This document shows positions 48,207 through 57,459 of a stretch of 64,000 nucleotides of DNA, piece by piece (within the stretch, counting starts at the first letter, position 1; every line of letters begins with the position of its first letter). This DNA comes from a virus. Taxonomy: Duplodnaviria; Caudoviricetes. The notes under the pieces are model-generated. The model saw only the letters and a program-made list of their open reading frames with translations. It had not been told where the DNA came from and ran no database searches. Where the stretch lies: the IMG/VR virus record IMGVR_UViG_3300005805_000073, positions 12,234 to 76,233 of that record. One strand, 5' to 3'. The translations under genes were made by a program, and so were the position numbers.

Positions 48207-49228
48207 ACTCCCTCCGGCGTTGTAGACCAAACTATGGTTCGTAATTCAGGTTTATATTCCTTTCGTATCTGTGTTTCTACAAAACGTTTAAAATCATTTA
48301 CATCTCTAAATGTGTGTCGAACACCGCGGTGATAAACACCAAACATCCCTACAATTTCAAGAACATCAATCTTATTGATGATGAGGTCTGTGACATCATT
48401 AATGTACATGGCTTGAATGACATCATCAAGATGCAACCAACGTACCTGACGCTTTCTTCCTGTTGTAGCTCCAAATTCTTGTCCAGCTTCCTGAATCTTG
48501 TCTAGAAGTTCCTGGTCACCTTTATCATTATAAGATTTAAATCCTGAATATGTTTCATAAGCCTTCATCACACCATACACACTACGCCAAGTTCTAGGAG
48601 GCACACCATTCAATGCCACAGCACCTGAAGTGCAATGTGAACTGGTGACATAGGGATAATCACCCCAATCAATATCAATTTGAAATCCTTGAGCACCCTC
48701 ACAGAGGATGTTTAAGTCACGATGTTCATTATGAAAGAATTGATATGTATCAATCATATCATATGGCAGGTCCCAACTATTATATTTCAAAAACTCACGC
48801 ATACGGGTTCCTGTTCTTCCATACTTGTCACGATAGGTAGGACCAATGCCCTGACGTGTGGTACCTATTTTTGTATCACTACTATCTTCATCAAGGTGTT
48901 TTTGTGTTGTGATATGACACCGAGCATCAATCATGATGGGAGCATCAAATCCTAATTGTTCCAGCATTTCAATTTCTTCACGAAGCTTCGGTAAATTCAC
49001 AACACACCCAACACCAATCACGCAAGGAATGCCGTAAAATATTCCCACTGGGACTTGGTGTGTAACAATTTTCTTACCTTCATGATAAATGGTATGTCCG
49101 GCATTGGCACCGCCATTATACCGTAACACAACATCATAATTATTGTTCTTGGCCAACCAGTGGGATACCTTCCCTTTGCCTGTATCACCTGCCTGTAAAT
49201 CTACCACAATGTCTGCATAACGAATCAT
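48203..49228 (-). CDS. purA: Adenylosuccinate synthetase (short phage form)
   Basis: GDTGKGK, GGANAGHT, EGAQG, YPYVTSS, TTGRKR, NKID. Confidence 0.95.
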   Translation of the reverse strand: MIRYADIVVDLQAGDTGKGKVSHWLAKNNNYDVVLRYNGGANAGHTIYHEGKKIVTHQVPVGIFYGIPCVIGVGCVVNLPKLREEIEMLEQLGFDAPIMIDARCHITTQKHLDEDSSDTKIGTTRQGIGPTYRDKYGRTGTRMREFLKYNSWDLPYDMIDTYQFFHNEHRDLNILCEGAQGFQIDIDWGDYPYVTSSHCTSGAVALNGVPPRTWRSVYGVMKAYETYSGFKSYNDKGDQELLDKIQEAGQEFGATTGRKRQVRWLHLDDVIQAMYINDVTDLIINKIDVLEIVGMFGVYHRGVRHTFRDVNDFKRFVETQIRKEYKPELRTIVWSTTPEGV

Positions 49229-49237
49229 AATTTATCC

Positions 49238-49561
49238 TCAGGCGCTGAAGCTACTCCCACAGCCGCATCCACCTGTTGCATTAGGGTTATTGAATTTAAA
49301 TCCTGAAGCTTCCATCGTAGATATGTAGTCTAAATTTAATTCATTAAGATATTGACTACTAAAAGGATCTACTAGAATTTTCACTTTATCTGATACTTCT
49401 ACTACCTCATCATCTTCATTGGAGGCTTCTTCTATTCCCATGGAGTATCTAAATCCAGAACAGCCGCCTGGCATTACACTAATTCTTACGTAACTGCATT
49501 TCTCTCGTTCCAATGCAGTTTCTAATTCTGATAATGCAGAAGGGGTTACTTGAATATTCAT
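49238..49561 (-). CDS. A-type Fe-S carrier (IscA/ErpA/HesB)
   Basis: GGCSGFRY..FNNPNATGGCGCGSSF. Confidence 0.95.
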   Translation of the reverse strand: MNIQVTPSALSELETALEREKCSYVRISVMPGGCSGFRYSMGIEEASNEDDEVVEVSDKVKILVDPFSSQYLNELNLDYISTMEASGFKFNNPNATGGCGCGSSFSA

Positions 49562-49773
49562 CAGCGACCTCGATTCACGAAACGAGTTAAAGTATGTACA
49601 GCTTGCTTGTTTTCAGGTCGGACGAACACCACTCTACCTGCTGTCTTGTGGTCATACACCATGGCACCCACATACTTCTGCACACCTGAGCACCCCACAC
49701 AAGTTTGTGTGTCTGGAAGCACTTCCAGCCGACTACTAGGAATCATGGACTTACACCGAGCACAGGTTCTCAT
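49561..49773 (-). CDS. DksA/TraR-type C4 zinc-finger protein
   Basis: CARC..IPSSRLEVLP..CVGC. Confidence 0.75.
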   Translation of the reverse strand: MRTCARCKSMIPSSRLEVLPDTQTCVGCSGVQKYVGAMVYDHKTAGRVVFVRPENKQAVHTLTRFVNRGR

Positions 49774-50459
49774 ATTTCCTCAAAGGTTAATTTGATTGGG
49801 TCAACAAGTTCCGATTCATCATGAACATAGTATTTTAATACAGCAACCGCGCCTACCGGATATTGCACATTGGAATAACTATAAAATCTATAATTAGAGT
49901 TTTTAATAAAGTCAAACACAGCATTCTGTAAAGATTTCACTACCCAAAAATCATCAACCATAATATATCTAGGTTGTAATCTTTTAGTTAACATAAGCTC
50001 TTCCATTAAACAATCATAGGTATGACCACTATCCAACCAGGCAAAATCTATACGAACATTATCTCGTTTTAATTTTTGAAGAAGCTCTGTTCCTGTTGTA
50101 TGATAATATTCCACATTATTTTTTTCATAATGCGAATTAATGAAATCAACGCAGCGTTGTGAATGATTCTTTACATCATAATCACACGTATATAATTTAA
50201 ATTCATCCAAGGTTTCATACAACAGATAGCTAAAGGATCCATAGTTGGTTCCTGTTTCAACAAATGTGAGGGGTCTAGATTCTTCTGCAGCTGCCTGTAA
50301 AATGGTTTCCCGCATAAATGTGGTACCAATTTTAGAAAATTTTAAATCATTTTCAGTAAGCATATCAATACAACCTGCATTGCCACCCCAGCCCATGCGG
50401 TTATTCAAGCTCTCATTCTTTAAAAATTCAAAGACAGGACCTTGGTAAATGTCTTTCAT
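49770..50459 (-). CDS. Class I SAM methyltransferase-like (Methyltransf_24-like)
   Basis: VETGTNYGS, FAWLDSGH, IMVDD. Confidence 0.7.
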   Translation of the reverse strand: MKDIYQGPVFEFLKNESLNNRMGWGGNAGCIDMLTENDLKFSKIGTTFMRETILQAAAEESRPLTFVETGTNYGSFSYLLYETLDEFKLYTCDYDVKNHSQRCVDFINSHYEKNNVEYYHTTGTELLQKLKRDNVRIDFAWLDSGHTYDCLMEELMLTKRLQPRYIMVDDFWVVKSLQNAVFDFIKNSNYRFYSYSNVQYPVGAVAVLKYYVHDESELVDPIKLTFEEI

Positions 50460-50514
50460 ATCATCTCCTAATTGGATATCATGTAATATAATATTTTTTC
50501 TATTGTTGTCAAGT

Positions 50515-51633
50515 CTATTTTTTATAAAGTAAATTACCGGCCTCGATATAGAATTTACGTTCTACTGCACCGGTTGAGGCAGAGGTTCGGATTTTAATAC
50601 GAGTGGAAAATAGCATCAAACTGGTGCTACCCTTCACCATGAACTTGATGTTATTACCTGATTTCACAGCTTCAAACTTCATGGTGCGAATCATACTATC
50701 AAACACACTCTTAGGAATTTCTTTGATTTTTCCTCCATCAATATCCACTAGGTCAGCAAGGTCACTACCAAACACCTCTTTGGAAATGAACTCAATGGCA
50801 TTTTTTGAAAACATGACATCACCTGACTTCTTCACCATGTGTTCACCTAGTTTATTATAGATGGCACTGATGGCCTTGTTCACGGCTTCTTTTTCCGTGT
50901 CCGTCATGGCACGTTGTTCAAAGATGGGACGATATTCTTCAATGAATGCTGTGGAGATGTTAAACGCCTCAGCAATCTTCTTCATTCCATTAAAGGGACT
51001 GAGATTGGACACCGTCTTGGATTTAGACTTCACAGAGAAAGGAATCTTTTCAGTGGCAATCACTTTCTTCTGAGCATTCATCACTTGTAGGGTGACATCC
51101 ACATCGGACTTGATTTCTCCGCCTGATACTTCACCGGCGATGCCATCGGCAATCACACGGAAATATAATAATTCTTTGGTATTGTTCTCCACATATTTCT
51201 TTTTAGTATCGAGCAATCGCTTACCAAAATTACTGGTTTGCACACCTTTCACCAGAGTATCAATCTTTTGATTGATGCCCCCTATATCATTTTGATTTTC
51301 ATAAAGAATTTTATAATCTGGACCAAAGGCATCACTTGTGCTTTTGGCTTTTAATCGAATGACACATTCCACACTCACCAAATCTTTGTTCTCCACGTGA
51401 TCCTTGATGACCGTGATTTCCTCATGCCCATCAATGAATTTCATGGGATTGATGATGGTGCGAAGTTCATTCAACTTCTTTTTATCAATTTCATCATAGG
51501 CAAGATATAATCCTGTGGCGAGACAGAAAATCCCTTCCATGATGTCGCCTTCGTTAACTTTTGCCATGTTGGATGATGTCGTAATAGAATTGGTTGCTAT
51601 CTTCTGTAGAATATTTAGGGGAATTCTCCACAC
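50515..51633 (-). CDS. Hypothetical protein, possible PD-(D/E)XK endonuclease
   Basis: NEGDIMEG and KSDV..FSVK resemble restriction-like catalytic spacing; weak. Confidence 0.4.
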   Translation of the reverse strand: MWRIPLNILQKIATNSITTSSNMAKVNEGDIMEGIFCLATGLYLAYDEIDKKKLNELRTIINPMKFIDGHEEITVIKDHVENKDLVSVECVIRLKAKSTSDAFGPDYKILYENQNDIGGINQKIDTLVKGVQTSNFGKRLLDTKKKYVENNTKELLYFRVIADGIAGEVSGGEIKSDVDVTLQVMNAQKKVIATEKIPFSVKSKSKTVSNLSPFNGMKKIAEAFNISTAFIEEYRPIFEQRAMTDTEKEAVNKAISAIYNKLGEHMVKKSGDVMFSKNAIEFISKEVFGSDLADLVDIDGGKIKEIPKSVFDSMIRTMKFEAVKSGNNIKFMVKGSTSLMLFSTRIKIRTSASTGAVERKFYIEAGNLLYKK

Positions 51634-52192
51634 GATAGGTGTGATGATTAATCAAACGAGAGACCACGAGGTCTCGTTTCGTGGTGAAACTCGGGTCAAA
51701 GAAACGCATTCTGTTGTTGGGTTGAATGGCATAATGGCCTGAGTCTAAACGAATCACATGTCCGCATTTATGATTGTCGGGCGTTTCGGCATATCCATAT
51801 CGAAGTTCCGAGTAATCTCCTTGACTCCAATCTATCGTGAACAGATATTCTCCAGCATGTTTCTGATTGTCTCTATCATAATAGACACAACTTAATCCCG
51901 ATAATGCAGCAAACGTGGTGACTGCCACGTTGTAACTGAAATTGTTCCAAAGTTGTAATTGTGATAATTCACGATGCTCACATTCCTTCCAGCACAAGGC
52001 GCTGATGGGAACACCCCACCAGACACCGCCATCTTCCATGAGGATGTTGAACAACGTCACTTCACCCGGACGACTGATGATGCCAAATGCCACACAGGGG
52101 AAAAATTCCCCATGGCCTCGTTCATGATTTTGAAGATATTCCGCCCGGACAAGACAACTCATCACCGGGATGTTGCTGTTTAAATATGCCAT
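51554..52192 (-). CDS. Conserved hypothetical phage protein
   Basis: YLNSNIP..QLWNNFSY..YLFTIDW..HKCGH..QPNNR. Confidence 0.7.
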   Translation of the reverse strand: MAYLNSNIPVMSCLVRAEYLQNHERGHGEFFPCVAFGIISRPGEVTLFNILMEDGGVWWGVPISALCWKECEHRELSQLQLWNNFSYNVAVTTFAALSGLSCVYYDRDNQKHAGEYLFTIDWSQGDYSELRYGYAETPDNHKCGHVIRLDSGHYAIQPNNRMRFFDPSFTTKRDLVVSRLINHHTYRVENSPKYSTEDSNQFYYDIIQHGKS

Positions 52193-52416
52193 TTATTCTT
52201 CGGGCAGGCATCTTCTCCTTTGGGAGAATATACTTTTTTATTCAAGGGACACCCACAGGCACCGCACACATAACTCCGAACCAATGTTCGAAATTCTTTA
52301 TGTTCGCAGTCATTGCAAATGTTCATGCGTTGTTCTGCCACGTGTTGTTGTTCTTCCGTGGGATTGGCGGCACGTTTCCATGCCACGGCAATTTCTAGTA
52401 AATCAGGTATTTTCAT
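52180..52416 (-). CDS. Small Cys-rich protein
   Basis: RMNICNDC..CGACGC..CPKNKW; ATGA overlap at 52413-52416. Confidence 0.7.
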   Translation of the reverse strand: MKIPDLLEIAVAWKRAANPTEEQQHVAEQRMNICNDCEHKEFRTLVRSYVCGACGCPLNKKVYSPKGEDACPKNKWHI

Positions 52417-52589
52417 TTCTGCTCCTCCACAACATCTCGTCGAATCACGGCACATCGTCCCATCACAGCCAACGCTTCACGATATCCATATTGTCGTGCC
52501 TGTTTCACACTGTTGGCATACACCACCGTGGAATATTTATAGTGGTTGGTGAAGCAGGTGTAAACATAGCTTTTTCGTTGAAAACGCAT
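52413..52589 (-). CDS. Hypothetical protein
   Basis: 58-aa ORF starting MRFQRK immediately after the upstream stop. Confidence 0.5.
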   Translation of the reverse strand: MRFQRKSYVYTCFTNHYKYSTVVYANSVKQARQYGYREALAVMGRCAVIRRDVVEEQK

Positions 52590-52590
52590 C

Positions 52591-52947
52591 TTATCGCACC
52601 GTGTAACAACCTGACACCCGACTTCCCTGAGTTGTCGCCTGGTCACCATATCGAGGATGAACAGTACTTCCTGAATAATAATCACGATATGTCAGGAATG
52701 CACGAAGTAACCCGGGTTGTAGGAAATATCGCTTTCTGATGTCCCAGCATACAGTACCCCAGGTGATGTCCACAGGATAACTCATGGTCCCAAATCCTGA
52801 CACCACTTGATTCCCAATGACACCTTCCCATTCCCCGTCAGATTCCACACGCACAATGAATCCTGAGGTGTTTGGAGCCATGAAATAGGGGATGTAACAT
52901 GCTGACATGAAGATAACAGAACAGATGAGAATGGTGCGACGTATCAT
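52591..52947 (-). CDS. Putative lipoprotein
   Basis: MIRRTILICSVIFMSAC signal with lipobox-like Cys; GGAG RBS; upstream promoter TTGACA-17-TATCAT. Confidence 0.6.
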   Translation of the reverse strand: MIRRTILICSVIFMSACYIPYFMAPNTSGFIVRVESDGEWEGVIGNQVVSGFGTMSYPVDITWGTVCWDIRKRYFLQPGLLRAFLTYRDYYSGSTVHPRYGDQATTQGSRVSGCYTVR

Positions 52948-53244
52948 GGAAACACCCTCCAAATGTATGAGAGAAACAACACTACTATCATGATAACACT
53001 TGTCCACACGATTGTCAATGACAGAGTGATGAGATGTACCACCAGTTTCGGGGGTAACTGAGATAACAGATGAGAGAATACGATGGGAAATGTCACGAAA
53101 AACAATAGAGAAACGAGGACACCTAGGGTCATGGATTTTGCTGGGAAAAATTTTTCTAATAGGGAATTCAAGAAAACACCAGAGTTTTCATACCGAAATG
53201 TAGAGAAAGGAATATACACATCGGGGGTTTATGTCGCCTTACAG

Positions 53245-53280
53245 AACCAGGTAGACTAGAGATTTCCCTACCTGGTTTTT
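53245..53280. terminator. Hairpin/terminator
   Basis: AACCAGGTAG..CTACCTGGTT followed by Ts on +. Confidence 0.6.
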
Positions 53281-53288
53281 CATCCTGG

Positions 53289-53453
53289 TTATCTGAGCAG
53301 CTCCACCTCGAGTCGATACGCCGACTCCAGAATCATTTCCCAGGAGCGAATCGCCTCAACGTCCGATTGGAACCGATAGATGCTGGCATCACCGAGCATC
53401 TGATAACCTTCCTGCAATATGCGCTGTGCCTGACGACGAAGATTCCTATCCAT
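53289..53453 (-). CDS. Hypothetical protein
   Basis: Short ORF directly after the ATPase stop. Confidence 0.55.
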   Translation of the reverse strand: MDRNLRRQAQRILQEGYQMLGDASIYRFQSDVEAIRSWEMILESAYRLEVELLR

Positions 53454-53454
53454 A

Positions 53455-54297
53455 TTACACACCTCGCAGAAGAAGGACACGACCCATGCGCTCCCAGTCC
53501 TGGGGATGCGTCTTGGCGAGGGAGCAGAGCTTCATCACAGTACGCAGTGAGTACTCACGCAGGTCGTCACGATACTGCTTGAGGAACTGCATGATATTCT
53601 TGCCTACTGCATCGGTGACGCCCTCGCGCTGGAACATCTTACCGGCCGTCGCCACGTGCTCAACCCACAAGTGGATGGCCTGACGGTCATGCAACCGGAG
53701 ATCCAGATACAGGGAACGTGACATGAGCGCCTCGAAATGCTTCACATACTTATTGGCGCCCTCGTCCACGTACTTCTGGAAATCCAGGTTGCTAATGAAG
53801 ATGAACGATCCATGAAAGTCATACCACTGCGGAACGTCATCCTGCCGCAGAGTCGCCGAGTCCTTGAGCCAAGAGACACGCCGCACAGGCGACGAATCGC
53901 ACAGCGCCTTGAGGATGTTGAGTGCATCCTCGTCGGTGAAGATGGAGTCGGCGTCATCCAGAACAATCACGGAACCCGGCTTGCGCATACGATACCCGAG
54001 CTTGTAGAGTTCCACCGCCGAGATGGCCCCGGACACCGACTCACGGCGTTCCTCGGGAATCTTGGAGAGCGTCTGCGTGACCGTGAACGTCTTCCCGACG
54101 CCTGGGGCACCCGTCACCACCATGCTACGGATGTTGCTCTGGGTGGCGCCCTGCGTGAGCTTGCCCAGCATTTCGAAACGATCCTTGAGGTCAGTCAACA
54201 CCTCGACATCGGTGCGAGCCTTCTTCATGGTGAGCTTGGCACGCTCGGCGAGCATAGCCTTCGAAGGACGACCGCGACGCTTAATCTGGAGACTCAT
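53455..54297 (-). CDS. AAA+ family ATPase with N-terminal RRGRP motif
   Basis: Walker A GAPGVGKT, Walker B VIVLDDAD, ISN sensor, ALMSR; promoter TTGACC-17-TATATT upstream. Confidence 0.8.
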   Translation of the reverse strand: MSLQIKRRGRPSKAMLAERAKLTMKKARTDVEVLTDLKDRFEMLGKLTQGATQSNIRSMVVTGAPGVGKTFTVTQTLSKIPEERRESVSGAISAVELYKLGYRMRKPGSVIVLDDADSIFTDEDALNILKALCDSSPVRRVSWLKDSATLRQDDVPQWYDFHGSFIFISNLDFQKYVDEGANKYVKHFEALMSRSLYLDLRLHDRQAIHLWVEHVATAGKMFQREGVTDAVGKNIMQFLKQYRDDLREYSLRTVMKLCSLAKTHPQDWERMGRVLLLRGV

Positions 54298-54438
54298 GGT
54301 ATATCCTGTTTTAGAGTGTTTTGCAATATAACGAAATACACGAAAAAGGTCAACACCAACACCATCGAAACACCATCGAGACATTCAATCTGGTCAGCTC
54401 CTGGAGAATAACCCCCTTATTCCCTTTTGCTTTTTCTC

Positions 54439-54645
54439 TCATTTCTCCATTATCTCGTCTTGGTACACACCGTGCATCTCCACTTCTTCCTGGTGATGAT
54501 ATGGCGTCTCCATGTCTTCCACCAACTCCACGCTCAACACCTCGTCCACCCCGATGTCCAGTAACTCCCACCAATCCCAGGTCTCTGGGTGTCCGTTCAT
54601 CTTACTAGCATCCGTGTAGTGAAGAACAATCCGGTAGCTACGCAT
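54439..54645 (-). CDS. Hypothetical protein
   Basis: 68-aa ORF overlapping the upstream stop (TAATG). Confidence 0.55.
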   Translation of the reverse strand: MRSYRIVLHYTDASKMNGHPETWDWWELLDIGVDEVLSVELVEDMETPYHHQEEVEMHGVYQDEIMEK

Positions 54646-55349
54646 TACGCCACCCTCCTAGTCAACACCGTGAACCCCGTCTGGTCTTTCTTGGCTTTCC
54701 CGTTCGCCTTCAGACCCACCACGACCGCGCGCTCATCCAGGAATCGGAGATCCGTCTCCGTGCCGTCAATCACCGTGACGCCCGCCCACTTGTTCGGGAG
54801 TTGGTCAAACACCACGGCGACATTCATGGTGCCAGAGCTAAGTACCTGCAACGCCTCCAGCTCGTTCACCTCACTGCGTGAGAACGTGAGGTGGTAGTTG
54901 GCTGGGATGTTGCGACGGTTGGGAATCTTGGTGTAATCGTAAAACTGCACCGTGGGGAACGCATCCATGATGTTGTTATGCCAGAACCCATCGGCGAACA
55001 CCGAGATGGTCTCCCAGCGAATATCGCTGGTACCATTCAACCGGAATACCGGCGTGAGACCCGCCTTCAACGAGCTACGAATCGCCGCCCGAATCTCCTT
55101 CAGGAGCGTGAACATAAACAACCCCCGATCCTCGAAGAAGAGCCGGGTCTTGGCGATACGCGCCGCCTGGACGTTGCTGAAACGACCCATGCCTGACAGG
55201 TTCAGACACGCCGACGCGCACCCCGGCGAAGCCATGGGGCAGACCTGATAGCCTGACAGAGTGGAGGGAGCCAGGTGCATGATATACGTCCGAAAACCCA
55301 GTGCTTCGCCCTTCATGGTCTTGGTGTTGGCGATTCCTAAAAGCTTCAC
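54645..55349 (-). CDS. Gp88-family-like phage protein (Cys motif CPxASxGCxxxCL)
   Basis: CPMASPGCASACL, RLNGTSD, FYDYTK, YHLTFS, DLRFLD, GLKA; GTG start with AGGAG. Confidence 0.7.
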   Translation of the reverse strand: MKLLGIANTKTMKGEALGFRTYIMHLAPSTLSGYQVCPMASPGCASACLNLSGMGRFSNVQAARIAKTRLFFEDRGLFMFTLLKEIRAAIRSSLKAGLTPVFRLNGTSDIRWETISVFADGFWHNNIMDAFPTVQFYDYTKIPNRRNIPANYHLTFSRSEVNELEALQVLSSGTMNVAVVFDQLPNKWAGVTVIDGTETDLRFLDERAVVVGLKANGKAKKDQTGFTVLTRRVA

Positions 55350-55434
55350 AGCGTCTCCTTGAGTGTTATGCTATGCAATCTAATGGATTTTCACCACTTT
55401 GTCAATAGCCTGTAAGTTGTTGATTTACATGGAC

Positions 55435-55605
55435 TTACCTGCTCCCCTGGGACAGCATCTCCATCATATGGAGCTTGGCCAGACGCTGCGCGCGGTATTT
55501 CTCCTTCGTCCATTTATGGTCCTTTTTCTTATTTTTCAGCCAAGCCTCATATTCCTCCTTGGCTTCCTTCATGGCATTGCGATATTCCACCGTATCCGGT
55601 TGCAT
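55435..55605 (-). CDS. Hypothetical 56-aa protein (not in the ORF track)
   Basis: MQPDTVEYRNAMKEAKEEYEAWLK..; overlaps the upstream stop. Confidence 0.55.
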   Translation of the reverse strand: MQPDTVEYRNAMKEAKEEYEAWLKNKKKDHKWTKEKYRAQRLAKLHMMEMLSQGSR

Positions 55606-55844
55606 CAGGTGTTCTCCTCGAGGTGAATGTTCAGGTCCTTCGCGGTTTCTAGCAGTTGCTCATCCGAGAGCGTTTCGGTCCACTCTTTCTGCATATCCCA
55701 ATACACCTGGGCCAAATCGCTAAACTCGGCGGAGTCCAGCAACTTGTCGGCAATCAGCTCTTCCAGCTGGGTTCGCTGATCCTGGGCAAACTTCACCCAA
55801 TCCTGAAGCGCCTCATCCAATGGGGTCTCCTTGTGCTGATCCAT
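55605..55844 (-). CDS. Hypothetical acidic protein
   Basis: ORF in a tightly packed operon. Confidence 0.6.
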   Translation of the reverse strand: MDQHKETPLDEALQDWVKFAQDQRTQLEELIADKLLDSAEFSDLAQVYWDMQKEWTETLSDEQLLETAKDLNIHLEENT

Positions 55845-55846
55845 GA

Positions 55847-56050
55847 TTATAGCTCCTCCTGAAGCATTTCTGGGTCAATAATCCCTGCCTGAATCATTTC
55901 ATCCCGAAGGTCATCTATGGCACACTCCAGGTCCCAGAGCGAGACATAGTAGCCATCCGGCGTGTGAGTGCCCTTGCTGGCATAGAGCGCGCGCTCAAAC
56001 TTCACCCACGCCTCAGCCACCAGATCCATTTGCGTTTTCACCTTTGCCAT
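55847..56050 (-). CDS. Hypothetical protein
   Basis: GGAGG RBS; packed operon. Confidence 0.6.
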   Translation of the reverse strand: MAKVKTQMDLVAEAWVKFERALYASKGTHTPDGYYVSLWDLECAIDDLRDEMIQAGIIDPEMLQEEL

Positions 56051-56053
56051 TGT

Positions 56054-56386
56054 TCATCCCTCCAGGTTGATGTAATCCGCCTCGCCCACCAGCTGCCAAT
56101 ATTTCTCAGCAAACGTCTCCAGAGTATAGAGCTGCTCCGGGATGACCCAACTCAACTCATTGGCGGCGCGCCGATCCTCTGCTTCGTCCATCATTTGATA
56201 ATAATCCTGCAATCCCTCCCAAATGCAATCCAAGGCGAACACATTGCCCACCAGGGTCATATCCGCATCCCCGAAGGACACGTTGCTGAACCCTGTCTGG
56301 TCCACGTGCCGGACCATGTCATCGGTCAGGCCCAGGTTGTGATACAGCTCCGATGCATCCACGAACGTCACGGTGGTCCTAATCAT
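56054..56386 (-). CDS. Hypothetical acidic protein
   Basis: Start MIRTT overlaps the upstream TGA. Confidence 0.6.
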   Translation of the reverse strand: MIRTTVTFVDASELYHNLGLTDDMVRHVDQTGFSNVSFGDADMTLVGNVFALDCIWEGLQDYYQMMDEAEDRRAANELSWVIPEQLYTLETFAEKYWQLVGEADYINLEG

Positions 56387-56559
56387 CACTTCTCCAGGTT
56401 GGAAGGATTGTTGTCTGCCCACTGCATCCACGCCATGAGCGTCTTTCTGGCCTCACGCTTGTCCAGGAGAAAGTAATCCTCCAGCCAAGGCGCGGCGCCG
56501 AACATATTCACCTCACCAGTGCGGCGAAGCGCATTCAGGAACAGGAAGTGCTCATTCAT
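56386..56559 (-). CDS. Small conserved-type phage protein, 57 aa (not in the ORF track)
   Basis: FLNALRRTGEVNMFGAAPWL..LMAWM. Confidence 0.7.
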   Translation of the reverse strand: MNEHFLFLNALRRTGEVNMFGAAPWLEDYFLLDKREARKTLMAWMQWADNNPSNLEK

Positions 56560-56993
56560 TATGCCATCCCCATTTCAGCGGCGTGCCGAGCCAGTTCCAC
56601 CACGCTCTCCACACCGTCCAGACTCTTGGGATTGCGGCGAAGGTCATAATGCTCCCAGACACGCGCCGACGCATCCCAGACATAGGCATGCTCGCAGCCT
56701 GAGCCATCGGCGTGACCGAGCATATCACTCAGGAAATCGAACTGGACAGAAGGCTCGCCGAACGTCTTCCACTCGCCATCATTGCCACCCAGGTCACGAC
56801 CACCCGGCGTGAGCAAGGAGCTGATATTGCCACGACCCAGAAGCACCTGAAGCTCACCGTCGTGGGAATAATGGTCGCGGAGCATCACGCCCACATATTG
56901 CGGATATCCATCCCAGTGGCAATAGATGCCGGTGTAGCGGGGACCAGCCTCAGGGTTGTTGCTCTGACGGATGATGAAGCTGCGCGTAGCCAT
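56559..56993 (-). CDS. Conserved-type phage hypothetical protein
   Basis: MATRSFI..IYCHWDGYPQYVGVML..EHAYVWD. Confidence 0.75.
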   Translation of the reverse strand: MATRSFIIRQSNNPEAGPRYTGIYCHWDGYPQYVGVMLRDHYSHDGELQVLLGRGNISSLLTPGGRDLGGNDGEWKTFGEPSVQFDFLSDMLGHADGSGCEHAYVWDASARVWEHYDLRRNPKSLDGVESVVELARHAAEMGMA

Positions 56994-57166
56994 TAGCGAT
57001 TCTCCTTGGAAAGTTGGACGTACCCATCAGCCAGCCCCGCCATCCGGCGAAGCTCTGACTCGGCCACTTGGCGACCTTTGAGGCTGTCGCTGTTTAGCAG
57101 AGCAATAAGACTGGGCAGGATGCCCTGCCACGTAGGTGTGAGGTCAATGGTCTTGGTTTTGGTCAT
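56993..57166 (-). CDS. Hypothetical 57-aa protein
   Basis: MTKTKTIDLTPTWQGILP..ELRRMA; AGGAG RBS. Confidence 0.65.
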   Translation of the reverse strand: MTKTKTIDLTPTWQGILPSLIALLNSDSLKGRQVAESELRRMAGLADGYVQLSKENR

Positions 57167-57170
57167 CTTA

Positions 57171-57248
57171 TCTCCTGTTGAGTATGCTACCAAGTTACTG
57201 CAAAAAGCAGAAATGGTCAATACCTGAAATGTAACGGAATTGTAACGG
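57171..57248 (-). promoter_or_regulatory. Repeated early promoter/RBS unit, copy 1
   Basis: TTGACC(57215-57220)-17-TAACTT(57192-57197), then CAGGAGA; near-identical to 57637-57715. Confidence 0.75.
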
Positions 57249-57279
57249 ACTCATTAAGGTTGAGAATCGTTCTCAACCG

Positions 57280-57459
57280 TTACCATTCACCACGGAGACG
57301 TTCCTGCTCGTCCTGCCATTCATTATAGGATTCCCAATATTCCTTATTGGTCAGTCCTGCCTCATTGGATGGACCATGATATTTGCCGCCATAGAGCGAC
57401 TCATCCCGGTACACCTCTTCCGCCTGTTGCTGCGTGTCGAAATCGTCGAACCCATTCAT
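57280..57459 (-). CDS. Hypothetical 59-aa acidic protein (not in the ORF track)
   Basis: MNGFDDFDTQQQAEEVY..; ATGA overlap. Confidence 0.6.
   Translation of the reverse strand: MNGFDDFDTQQQAEEVYRDESLYGGKYHGPSNEAGLTNKEYWESYNEWQDEQERLRGEW

Noticed and set aside
48203-49228. PurZ (2-aminoadenine genome)
   Set aside because: Retains PurA signatures: catalytic Asp in GDTGKGK (Ser in PurZ), TTGRKR, YPYVTSS and the GTP-type NKID.
53737-54411. 224-aa plus-strand ORF (and similar plus-strand ORFs across 54-57 kb)
   Set aside because: Stop-poor antisense frames caused by high GC; the opposite strand has clear genes with RBS and motifs.
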